Notes under the pieces: model-generated
What the model was told of the DNA's origin: nothing
Database searches by the model: none
Seen by the model: only the letters and a program-made list of their open reading frames with translations
From: Macrostomum lignano
Taxonomy: Eukaryota
Length of the DNA: 64,000 bases
Direction: 5' to 3'
Assembly (NCBI GenBank): GCA_002269645.1
Contig: NIVC01003771.1
Span: 1 to 64,000 of the forward strand
In this document: in pieces, positions 11,580-23,269 of the stretch
Layout of the letters: each line of letters opens with the position of its first letter
Numbering within the stretch: position 1 is the first letter of the stretch
Position numbers and translations under genes: made by a program

Positions 11580-14500
11580 TCAAAGCCGGGTCTCTTGGCC
11601 GCCAGCCGGAAATCCGTCGGGCAACGGCAGTGCTGAGTACTGGCTGCGCCGCCGCCTGTCGGCCCGGCCGCCGCCGACTCCGCACAGGCAGCAAATGCAC
11701 AGCGACATCACTATTGTGAGCAGCTGCGGGCGCGGTCATTGGGGGGCGGGCAATCTGTCAGTACTTGAATTGTTACACTTTATTATACGCTATTAGATAT
11801 ATATTCGTATTTTAGGGCAAAAGTCGTTTTATTAACCCTCTTACACCTCCCCCAGCTGAACCCTCCGACCGCTTCTTGCCGCACAAAACCTCTACCCTGC
11901 CCGCCTCCATTTAATTGCCTTTCTCGGTGTTCTATATCTAAAGCTGCTATGTACATTAAAAAGACTCATTTATTGGCCCTCTTAACTCCCCCGGTTGAAT
12001 TCCCCGACCGCGTCTTGCCGCACGAAACGTCTACCCCCCCCGCCGGCCTCCATTTAATTGCCTTTCTCGGTGTTCTATATCTAAAGCTGCTATGTACATT
12101 AAAAAGACTCATTTATTGGCCCTCTTAACCCCCCCCCCCGGTTGACTTCCCCGACCGCGTCTTGCCGCACGAAACGTCTACCCCCCCCCGCCCGCCTCCA
12201 TTTAATTGCCTTTCTCGGTGTTTCAGCCAAATGCTGACTGCCATGTACATTATCAGTGGCGCTGGCAAATGTACATTATGCCTTATAAGTCACTCTCAAC
12301 TACCTTTCGTGTCGTGAAATAGCTTACGCATGCTTCCTTACTACTGAACTGAAAGTAGAAAAACTGTCAAGAAAACTGATAAAAAATCCACAGCCACAAT
12401 TATTATGGTTCTGAGAACTGGCAGAGACTATTCAAATATGCTTTGCCAATTAGCCTACTTATTATATAGTAGCGTGAAATGTTGCTCATTATGTGATACC
12501 AGTTCTAATTAAAGTCGTCCCTGGATATGGCTAATAATATTATAAATTAATTACAATCTGCCCTATTTGGGCCAGATGTGCAACCGACAGCTCAGCCGCA
12601 GCTATTGCGCGGCGCATCTGAAGGCTGCGTACGGCTGTTCAGTCCAAGGACTGGGGGGGGGGGTCGCCACACCCTCAATTACCCCCCATCTAATGCTGGC
12701 ACCCATTTTACAGCTGGGTGAACTGAAGCAATGCAGAGTTAGGCGTCTTGCTCAAGGACACAAATTGTTCCGAGTGGGTCACGAATCAAACCCTCGACCT
12801 CGTCGTGAGTCTGACGCTCTAAGTCAAACCACTAGGCTACAACCCGCCCTTACTTGGCTATCAAACACACCGCTAAAACATTTTACATTACTATAAGTAG
12901 AATAATCGGAAAACTAGCGAATTAATTCACCTCTAGCGCTGTCAGGCCAACAGAAACGAATAGGCCGATGCGGATCGCGCGCCAGGTAGTTTCCATGACA
13001 ACGGAACGGCAGCCCTGGAATAAAGCGATTGAGGATAGCCATGTCGCATCTGAGCTTATATACTATTTAAGCTCGCGTCTACAACCCCATTTGAAGTTTA
13101 GCAATTGCCACAGGTTTTGGATAAAAAATCTACTATTAGCAACAAGTGGCGATTCACACCATGAGGGCCAACCCCCAAGGCACAGAGTGTACATGGCCTT
13201 ACGATTAGAAAGTCAGGGGGCTGCTGTACACCATGTGGGAGCGAGTGCGCGCCTGCGTACAGCATTGGCGCGCTTGTGTGCCCAGGAGTCAGATGAGGAA
13301 TAGGCAGAATCAGCGCCAGTTGTGGGACAATGTCATCTACAGCACCTTAAGCTAATGCTCACCCTATCATAGGCCAGCTCAAACGGCAGCGAGTACGGCT
13401 TGGGCTCGCACTCTGTAGGGCCCAGCTTCTCTGAGTTGCAGCAGGACCAAGGAATCTGCAGGGTATCGCCGCCTGCGGCACCTCTGTAGTCCCTGTAGGA
13501 CTGACCGCCGCAGCAGTAAAACTGAAAAATAAGAGATTTTCTTGATTGTCAAACTTTTGACCCCGTGTGCAGAAATCAGAATAAGAAACAAGAAATAACA
13601 GAACCAACCCGCTTGTGAAGGATGTCCATTAGGCCAGCATTGCCATCATTACTATACTGATAGTTGCGCTGCCAGGTATCGAAGGACTCGCCAATCGTCT
13701 CTTTAACCTGAATTTGTATTTTTAGTATGATAGAAGATAAGCTACTTACACTGTTCAGTAGTATTTTCTGTGTGTTAAATTAAATAAAAACATTTGTCCA
13801 GAAAAAATATGACCCGTAGAAGGGAATTTTCTAACGTCAGATACTAGCATCCCCTTTGACCCTTGGCATCTCAGCAACTTCACCCGTGAGCATTGGCATC
13901 GCAGTAACTCCAGCCGTGAGCATTGGCATCAGCAACTTCACCCGTGAGCCTTGGCATCTCAGCAACTCCAGCCGTGAGCATTGGCATCTCAGCAACTTCA
14001 CCCGTGAGCATTGGCATCTCAGCAACTTCACCCGTGAGCATTGGCATCTCAGCAACTCCAGCCGTGAGCATTGGCATCTCAGCAACTCCAGCCGTGAGCA
14101 TTGGCATCTCAGCAACTTCACCTGTGAGCATTGGCATCTCAGCAACTTCACCTGGGAGCATTGGCATCTCAGCAACTCCAGCCGTGAGCATTGGCATCTC
14201 AGCAACTTCACCCGTGAGCATTGGCATCTCAGCAACTTCACCTGTGAGCATTGGCATCTCAGTAACTTCACCTGTGAGCATTGGCATCTCAGCAACTCCA
14301 CCTGTGAGCATTGGCATCTCAGCAACTTCACCTGTGAGCATTGGCATCTCAGCAACTTCACCTGTGAGCATTGGCATCTCAGCAACTCCACCTGTGAGCA
14401 TTGGCATCTCAGCAACTCCACCTGTGAGCATTGGCATCTCAGCAACTTCACCTGTGAGCATTGGCATCTCAGCAACTCCACCTGTGAGCATTGGCATCTC

Positions 14501-16002
14501 AGCAACTCCACCTGTGAGCATTGGCATCTCAGCAACTCCACCTGTGAGCATTGGCATCTCAGCAACTCCACCTGTGAGCAGTGCTAAAAAGCTCAGCAAG
14601 AAGCCACTGGGTAATGTCCCCAGCTATTTTCCCAGGCACAGACAGAAAAGACAAATGCTAATAAATTAATAATAATAATAATAATAATAATAATTAATAA
14701 TAATAGACAAATGCATTACCAGAGCAGAATTGACTATCAGGGAAGCGGCCAGTGCCAGGTGGCTGGCATAGGTGGCGATCATGATTGGCACAAAGCTTGC
14801 CAGCATGCATTTCTTAGGCCAGACAGCAGTGCAGACTCCCAACAGGCCAGCCAGTCCAAGGCAGCCGTGCAGGCCAATGCACACATACTTGGCTATAGCT
14901 GGCACCTCTTTGCTGAATGGTGGTTCAGCCAGCACCACATAGATTGCTGCACCACACAGGCCACTGCTGATTACCTATGAATAGAGGTTAGGGTTTAACA
15001 AATTAAAACCAATGATATTAAAGCAAATAAAAAACATAATTTCATTTTTAATTATGCTCATGTATGTAAAATTATTTTACTATACAAGAATTTGTACTTA
15101 TTATATTATATTTCCAATTTTTCTATGGGTTTCTACGACTTTTTATATAATATACTAAAAAATAAAATATAGAAATCATTAAAATAAAAAATATTAGATT
15201 TTTTATAATATAAAGTATAATATATAAATAGGTAGATAAAAATTTATTAAAAATAAACTATTTAAAAGTTTAAAATTAAAATGAAATGTTATATTTTGCA
15301 TGACTATGAGGTATCTTAATTACAAACTAATTGCATAATCTATATTCTAGCCTTTGACTTTTGCCAAAAATTTTATAGATTACAAAACTATAAATATAAC
15401 CAAATATTAGGCATTTATCAATTTTTAAAACAAATTTATTTTTATTTTTAATTTATATTGAAGATAAAAATACTGTTTAATTAGCAACAGTTCCTAAGTC
15501 ACTAAAATCTTTATAAATGTGTTGCAAATTTTTTGTAAAGAAAACATCAGAAAAAAGAAAATAATAATTTTGAACTTTTATTTATTATATTAACTAGAAA
15601 TGGCTAAAAATTGTAAATGGAAAAAAATAAAAAAACAAACTATTAAACAAATAAGTTTTTGTTTTTATGCAATTATTTAGTAGCAAAATAACATTTCATA
15701 TTATAAAAATGAGTTAAAGTATAAACAAAAACTTAAATTTGTATACAAATTATTAAAATACACCCAAAAAGTATTTAATCAGTTAATGACTACCACTAGA
15801 TCTCCTTTAAATAATTCCAGCCGTGAGCCTTGGCATCTCAGCAACAATTATGTAAAAAGATTCACACATTGGATCTTAAAACAAAACACTAGGAATAGTA
15901 TAGGACAAGTTAAAGTTACAGGTTAAAATTGTTACTTACCACGAAAATTACATTGAAAATTACTAGAAGAATGCGAGTAAGCTTTAAACAACTTTCTTTC
16001 AT
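11580..16002 (-). CDS. Tetraspanin (~267 aa); join(15940..16002,14720..14974,13609..13707,13363..13521,12931..13014,11580..11723)
   Basis: N-terminus MKESCLKLTRILLVIFNVIFV. TM2/TM3 region GLLGVCTAVWPKKCMLASF. EC2 carries the diagnostic CCG (HKRFYCCG), PWSCC and GC before TM4. TM4 is followed by the tail YSALPLPDGFPAGGQETRL*. All five introns are GT-AG and phase 0. Confidence 0.93.
11836..12225 (+). repeat. ~142-bp tandem repeat (~2.7 copies) in the last tetraspanin intron
   Basis: CCCTCTTAAC...CCGACCGCGTCTTGCCGCACGAAAC...CTCCATTTAATTGCCTTTCTCGGTGTT repeated at ~11836, 11977 and 12120. Confidence 0.92.
12535..12846 (-). mobile_element. tRNA-derived SINE with CORE/Meta-like central domain, copy 1
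   Basis: Minus strand has A-box TAGCCTAGTGG, B-box-like GGTTTGATTC, then GTGTCCTTGAGCAAGAC...CTTCAGTTCACCCAGCTGTAAAATGGG and an AT-rich tail. Homologous to 41740-42020 and 58315-58650. Confidence 0.88.
13158..13335 (+). mobile_element. Dispersed repeat family 2 (GAGGGCCAACCCCCAAGGC...GTGTACA...TGTACAC), near-full copy
   Basis: Clear homology to 56990-57172, with partial copies at ~31128-31200, 32765-32825 and (reverse) ~58205-58295. Confidence 0.75.
13860..14580 (+). repeat. 30-bp intronic minisatellite (GTGAGCATTGGCATCTCAGCAACTYCACCT, ~24 copies)
   Basis: Lies within tetraspanin intron 13708-14719. It has no stop codon in several frames, which explains four overlapping ORFs. Confidence 0.96.
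14666..14705 (+). repeat. (TAA)n microsatellite next to a tetraspanin splice donor
   Basis: TAA run ending ~14 nt from donor 14719. Confidence 0.9.
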
Positions 16003-19000
16003 TTTACTGCTGCTGTTACTGTTGTAGCAGTAGCAGGCTAGAATTATTTGTTATTGTTACCTTGGGCTTGACTTATCACTTGCCACTTGCTTTCTATACA
16101 CTTTATGAATAAAAAATATATCTATATTTTCAATCGAAATCTAAGCAATATATGTAAGAAAAAGTCATTCAGATTCAAGACTATATTTATCTGTTTGGCC
16201 TTATCAAAACTTCAAAACGATAAAAGCAATGGTGCTCAGAATGTATGATTTGCCGAAAGGGTCGACCCGAGTCCAGCCGCGATTTCTAAATATTTTCATA
16301 AGTTAAATTGTTGCCATTTTATTACTGCAATGACGCCGGTGATATTACGCTTTTTGTTAAGGTTCACTTATACCACTACGAGGCTCTTCATATGATTAAG
16401 GCCGGGAGGCCCATTATGTGTGATCGACTTGCACATCTCTCTCTCTCTCTCTCTCACTTCCTTGTACTTCAGTTTGGGTTGGGAATTAGTGGCTGAGCCT
16501 TTACGGTGTTTTTTTAGAGAATAGACAAAAATAGAATTTAAAGGCAATTTTAAAACTGCGAACAAAATCCAAAGCCAAGTTCGACTCTAGCTGCTGGCCA
16601 GCGATCGCAGATCATGGTCCAAAAATAATACTAGCTGTAGCTGTCAAATGTTAAAACTCTTGCCTATTGTAATTAACAGCCAAGTTTTTTCCTGTTATAG
16701 ATCTTCTGCTTGAGACTTACAAGCATACTTGCCTCCAAAAGGCCCTGGCATGAGCGTAAGGCTCAAATATCAGAATTCTCCGTGCCGAATATTATTCAAG
16801 GCAGTGTATTTAATATTCAACGAGAACGCATAGACACAATGCAGAACAAAAAATAGCTTGAGCATGGCAGGGCAGTTTCTCTCCCCCAAACCCCCAAAGC
16901 ATTTGCTGCGAGTCTTCTGTGCCACGCGCCCGCAGGCTGCTGGCGCGGCCCTCAAAACTTAGCTTCGCTATTGTCCCCCCTGGGCCTTGAGGCCAATTAA
17001 CCAGTCTAGAGCTGATTTGCTCGGGCAGCCCCGGTCGAGACTCGACAGAGGTCGCAGGGTCGCTGCGATGTAAGCTGCACTTTTCCAGTGCTTACAATAA
17101 GTGTGGGTGGAGTGTTAGCATTCCTCTACTGACAAAGTAGAGAGTAGAGGAGGTAAACGCAAAAATAGCCCAGTGTCGCATTGGCGAAGCATCCAATAAA
17201 AAAGTAGGGGCTACTACTTCTTACGCATATAGTTCTGATCAGGGAATACAGCATGGAGGCGTCGTTTCTTGTACAGGTGTACGCGTACATGTAGATCTTT
17301 GATACCTGTAAAACGTTTATGGATTTCTGATCTGGCGCAATTGCTTTTGATGGGAAAGATTTAGCTCGATTTTTAGCAATTACACATGCATGTACATGTA
17401 CAATGTATTATTTAGATACTGTATTTAGTTTTTAGTAAATAGCATTAAATTAGCTTTCAAAAAGAGAATTGAAAAGTAAAGTAAAACTCGAATGCCCATA
17501 CATGTACTTCTGGATCAGGGGCATGTTGCTCTTATAGTTTTATTTGAATTCTGAAAATCAAATCCAGCTCCGAGGTAATTAGTAAGAAGCTGTTTTTCTT
17601 TTCAAGCGTTTTTTTTCCTTGTAATTAGATTGAGCTACTGCATGCGTTCCATTTTTGCGAAGAAAAAGGAATTGTAGCTGTATAAAGCCTTCTTATACTC
17701 AGAGTGCTGTAGTTAAGGCTAAGTCAGTGCATTTGCGTAAAAAAGCGAGTTAAATGCGGAAATGAAATAAAATTCTGTAAAAAACGTAAAGCAATTAAGA
17801 TGATTAACATTGAAACTAACAAAATATTTTTCGCCCAATAACGGCGAATAATGCAAAGAAATGTTATATAAAACAATAAAGTCTAATCCTTCCCTGATCA
17901 GGTGTCGGAACGTTTTAAAAGTGGCGGACCAGGTACCATGATGCCCCCCACTTGGCCATGGCCCCCGCCCCCCGTCTAGAATGTCCATCCAGATTGATAA
18001 TTGAAATCGAAATCCAGCAAGGACAGGGTTGGTGACCTGGCCATACATAACCATACTGTACGAATGTATTTAAATCTGCTAAACTGCATGATCTGACTGG
18101 ATTTGACGATCTGACGATGTTGAGAAAAAAATTTTTTTGTCCAGTATCAAATTATACTTTAAAACAAATCATAGATTTAAATTTTAGCAATTTCATCCGC
18201 TTATAGCGGAATAGAACAAGCGAGAATTTTGCGTGTTTCTTGTTTCTATTTTTTACAGCTTCTATCTAGAAATACTGTACATGTGAATCTACTCCGGACA
18301 AAAAGACATCCTTGCAAAACGGACGGTCTAGTACATTTAGGTGCAGAGAGAATGGTCAGTTAAAGTACTAGAAACTGAAAATTTCTTACCATGCAAAAAT
18401 CCTACATGTTGTATATATGTATGCCTAAGAAGTTTCCAGTTTTCTATACTGCCTTTAGTGACGGATTTTATTATTTGCTTTTTCTGAAAGCGCGCCCTAC
18501 ATCCAGGTGCAGGTGCGGAGTCCTGCATCTCTGCATGGCTTTACTAAGAACTACTCAGACCTACGAACCCCGTCGCACGCTGCTACTGCCAATCAATAGC
18601 ACGACCCGTCAGTGCAGCACTCCAGCGCCTCCTTTGGGTCCGGATTTAAATTGCTTTTATGTTTGTTTTAATCAAGCTGCATGCATTCCTAACACGCGCG
18701 CCGCCGACTTCGAGATATCGCATGACGTCACACTGTGAGTACAAGAGCCTGCCAGGCGGCGGTGACTTTGGGTGAAATTGGACTAGCTCCAAGTGTTGAG
18801 CACGATTCGACCGTGCCGCAATTGTAATTGTAATTTGAGCCAGGGAGTCGCGTCTGTTTGCCAACACGCAGAGATGGAGGTTGCTTGACCCTTGGTCAGG
18901 TCGAGAGTATTTGGCGTCTGTTTTAAAATTTGGGCCGCAATCTCAGCCTTGGACTACTGAGAAATTACAATCAGAACTTGTAAGATGAACCAACAAATAG

Positions 19001-21499
19001 TGTAATTCCCTGTTAAGTCTAAATTCCCATATACTTGCACAGGAGTCAGTCTCCACTCGTATATTGCATCGCAGTTCGGCAAGACGTTTCTTTTACACAT
19101 TCGCCACTGCTCAGACGCTTGAACGGTGCTTGCTTCCTTAGAAATTTATCAAAGGGCATGCACGGTCGGATGCAGACAGTGCCGTGTGCTTTTGCGCTGT
19201 TAGTTCAAAGACTAGAAAGACGAATGCGGCACAACACCGTATAAAGGACATGCGAGAAGACAGCAACACCAACACACAACGTAAACCAGCAGAGACAACA
19301 CATGAGCTCAAAAATACAAAACCAAGAGAGCAGCAAGCGAGAACTCCGGCCGAGAACTATAGCGGCAATAAATATGGCGAGACACAGAATGTGCAAGTCA
19401 CGAAAATCACCAAGGTTCCACGTCTCGCGGAGACAAAAGGGAAGACAGGAAGTTCAGTTCAAAGCTTGTTCGTATTTTTTATATTCAGTTCAGACTTATG
19501 GCAGCTTGCACTGTAGACTAGAATGCTATGCTGAATAACCTGTAATGATTTTAGACAAGAAAAAATGGCTTGCTTTGATGCAAACAATCGGCAGCCCATA
19601 TCTTGAAGCAATATCGTTGAACGCGGTCTGTTAAATTACAAGCATCAGCCTTTGAAAATGCTATTCGTCAAGATCTTATTGCTTGATTTCTGCTTTATAA
19701 GCAGCCAAATCTGGACAGCAAACGATCCCCAATTATCTAATATATATTACTACTATAAAGATTGAGCTCTCTAGTTAAAGCCTCGTAATCCTGTAATCGG
19801 ACCCTAAAGATCTCACGTACACAAGTTTGCGCGTGTCATTCTTAAGATCGAAGCGAATAGATGATAGACACCAAACTCACCGAGTAACATAAGTGGGCAA
19901 GATAGAACGAAATAATATACCTGAGTGGCACACGGGAGGCAGGTACGATAAATTGAGTCCACTAAATTAATTTGCAAGCCAATTAGTTGCTAAAGGAAGG
20001 AACTGCAGCAAAATACTCAACGACTAATGGCAAAGTGTCCCCGTGTACTTTGCTTTGTTCTTACTGACAGTGCATGCTGGAGAATATCCACCGCTATTAC
20101 TGTGGTAAATACGACGTGCACTTTTACAAGTAGAAGTGCGCGCAACCATAGACAAAACGGACAAACATTACATCAGACCCAATGGGTCAAGGGAGGTCAG
20201 CTGCTGGCTGAGCCTGTTTACGCTTAGTCACCAACAAATCCAAATCCAAATCGTTTCCAGAATCAAAACTGCCTTGATGAGCTGCTGTTTCACTCTGTAC
20301 TTTTACGCAACTGCCGTCGGCTTCGGGTCTTGAAATCTTATTCGCTCATTAACTCGTATTTTTGAAGCGCGATGACCTTGTGAACAATTTTTAGCTGATT
20401 ATCGAAAATTTAAGCAGACTAGCGTTTTTTTAGGAAGCTTTCTAGTCGATTTCTGCTTCGTCTGCAGGGGAGAGTTATCGATTTTTAGTTCATTTCCAGG
20501 CATTGGCGCAGAGAAGCTGACCCCTTCCCGCTAGCTGCTATGCCGACTCAGATGAATCGGACAGGCCGAGGAGAAACGAAAGGAGCATAGCGACCGAATA
20601 ATTGAATGGCTGGAAAGACAGACAGAGGGACGGGCAGACGGACAGACAATAAGACATGCAGGTAGACATTGAAGACGGGTAGGTACTGAGAAAAACATAC
20701 TCGAGGCAGCGAGACGGCATGTAATGAAATGACGCAGGGGATTGCAGCAAACGGACTTTCGACATGAAGTTAGTTACCATGCAGCTGTTGCAGATGCTGT
20801 TCAGAGGTTAACTGTAGCAGACTCCACTGTTTGCACCATCGTTCTGGCTTAGCTTAAAGCTTCTTTTCTACGAGCTATTCAGAATTTGCATCCGGCCTGG
20901 CCAAGCCAGACGAAAAAGGGATCGTATTTCACGCCGAAGAGGATTCTGTTCTGTCAGACTGCTTTCCCCTGGCCTCCCGTCGGCGCGCTGGGCAAGACAA
21001 GGACGCGGTTTGGAATTCGTCTTACACGAAGCGTCGCCTTTCAACTCCTGTACTCAATAGTCGATGACGAAGCGGCCCGAGGCGGGTTCTGTTCTGAACT
21101 GCTTCTCAACAGCTCCGCTACATGTAGATGACTGTTTTTTCTTCACTTACTGCTGCTAGACCTCGGGTAGCGATTCGTGAACGGGTTTTAAGACAGTTTT
21201 TTTAAAGTAAACCGCCTCCGCTGCACCAGTAAAAAGCTGCTGGTGAAAGAAATGAAAGGAAATATAAGTAAAAACTGCTTTGCCTGCGGCTCTGGGTTTA
21301 CGGACTAACGAGCCATTGTATATTTGCGAGTTGAAATGCCTGTCTCCAGGAAATTGTAACACTTTCTGGTACAGAATTTCCTTTTCATGCTTGGGGTGTC
21401 ATCTCGGTTTCAATTTGCCATGCGAAAGTTACAATCGAATTGGGGTGACTTCTGTTTGATCAGCTGAGAATGCTTGACTGCGTGTTTTCAAACTGAAAG

Positions 21500-22092
21500 T
21501 CAGTCATCATTGCTGAAAAACCGCTTGCCCATGCGGATGTAGCTCGCTCGTTTGTCGGCTTCATCAAAGGGACGTTTGCCCATGCGGATGTAGCTTGCTC
21601 GCTTGCCCATGCGGATGTAGCTTGCTCGTTTGTCGGCTTCATCAAAGGGACGCTTGCCCATGCGGATGTAGCTCGCTCGCTTGTCAGCTTCATCAAAGGG
21701 ACGTTTGCCCATGCGGATGTAGCTTGCTCGCTTGCCCATGCGGATGTAGCTTGCTCGTTTGTCGGCTTCATCAAAGGGACGCTTGCCCATGCGGATGTAG
21801 CTCGCTCGCTTGTCAGCTTCATCAAAGGGACGTTTGCCCATGCGGATGTAGCTTGCTCGCTTGCCCATGCGGATGTAGCTTGCTCGCTTGTCTACATCCT
21901 GATTCGATGGCTTGTCGCAGTTATCACAGGCGAAACCGAAACCCACCAAGGATGCGGCAATTAGTAGGAGAATCTTAGCCAGCTTTACCTGAAAGTTAAC
22001 GATAGGTATTTGCAATTGGAACCTAGCCGAGACCAAAAAAGTCCCTGGTCACTATGTCAAATCTTATTGCACGATTGCGAGTTTCTTACCAT
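21500..22092 (-). CDS. Neuropeptide precursor (163 aa) encoding 9 copies of ASYIRM-amide (YIRFamide/FLP-like) plus 5 PFDEAD spacers; join(22090..22092,21500..21988)
   Basis: The ATG is the last codon of exon 1 (AAAATG|GTAAGA). Acceptor TTTCAG|GTA. Signal peptide MVKLAKILLLIAASLVGFGFA. KR-ASYIRMG-KR cassettes show dibasic cleavage plus a Gly amide donor. Confidence 0.95.
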
Positions 22093-23269
22093 TTTTGAGA
22101 GCTTCTCGCTGCGCTTTCCACCAGGTTCACTGGAAGTCTTGACTCTACAGAGAGCTGTGTCTTAAAGTTCCTTCGGGTGGGGGAAGACTGACATGGTACG
22201 GATAACCCCTGTTTCTCCGCATCGCTTCCAGCCAATCAGCATGCGAGCCAAGAAGCCAATCAACCGCGAGTGAAAATCTGGCTGACACGCACTCAGGTAC
22301 TCCTCATAGCATTCCTAGCAACATACCTGGGTTCCCCTACCACCAAAACAGCTGGTGAAAAATAACTAGCCAAGACTTTCTTTGGAGCAAATATCCGTAT
22401 TTAGAAACACTCAGTCTAACTGCAGCTGCAGTTTGTCAGCTGCCACTCCAGCAGCTCCTCGGGTTTTGTTCTCATCAATTTCTTGCTGCAGCCTTGAGTC
22501 TTCTTAAACAAAAGACCCTCTCACTGTTTACCTGCTAGCTAGAGAAGAGAGACAAATGTCGCCAAGTTTAGAGACACTTGGAGTAGCGACAAAATTATCT
22601 CATTGCGAACAGAAAAAATTTGATGGGAAAGGCAAACTAAAAGACAAATTAGCTTGCCTTTCCCGCACAGCAGAGCAGGTCCAGGCTTGAGTCATTATTC
22701 TCATAATAAAACTTCTAAATAAGGTAGGAAACAAAAGCCAAAATTTTTGTGAGCCAAGAAAATTCATGCAGAAAAATAAATTCGCTCAGAAAAGTTCTGC
22801 GAGAGAAAAGTTTCAGATTGAAGTTCTTCAACCGCAAGCCGATCTCCCTTTCTTCCCCTTTACTCCCTCCCCTTCATTCAAGCACAAATCCATCTTCTAT
22901 CGCCGTCTTCGGTATTTGGGCCAAAACTTGACAAGGCATGATGAATGCGGCTGCAAAACGCTGCGTGCCACCTCACTTCTGAGCGCTTTGCCCGAATATG
23001 CTGATCAAATTCTGAGCTTAGTCTCACTCTGGCCTGGACGCTCCGATGAACTGAGCGCTTTAAGCGTGCGCCATATTTTTTTAATTCAATACTAACGAAA
23101 CCGCTAGTGAAGGAGTCGGAGTTTCACTCTTTAGTGCAGGCTCAGAACTGATCGGCTGTTGCAGGCAACAATAACAAAACTTGAATAAATTTTCGAATGC
23201 ATTCTCCCGGCATACACAGTTATGGTTGCAATAAATCATCAACGCAAATGATGCGATGTGAGCATCCCT

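Noticed and set aside
12760-12846. tRNA gene (also at 41940-42020 and 58575-58650)
   Set aside because: These are SINE heads: there is no complete acceptor stem or terminator, and each continues into the shared SINE body.
13837-14669. Four overlapping ~240-aa ORFs (MLTGEVAEMP..., EHWHLSN...)
   Set aside because: All are frames of a 30-bp stop-free minisatellite inside a tetraspanin intron whose flanking exons join in phase without it.
18723-18730. CRE palindrome TGACGTCA
   Set aside because: An 8-mer with no linked transcription start identified; expected by chance in 64 kb.
19184-19538. Short ORFs on both strands (110 aa hydrophilic on +, 63 aa hydrophobic on -)
   Set aside because: No motif, no convincing splice sites and no host-like codon bias.
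21595-21978. Cys-rich metallothionein-like ORF on the + strand
   Set aside because: It is the antisense shadow of the neuropeptide repeat.
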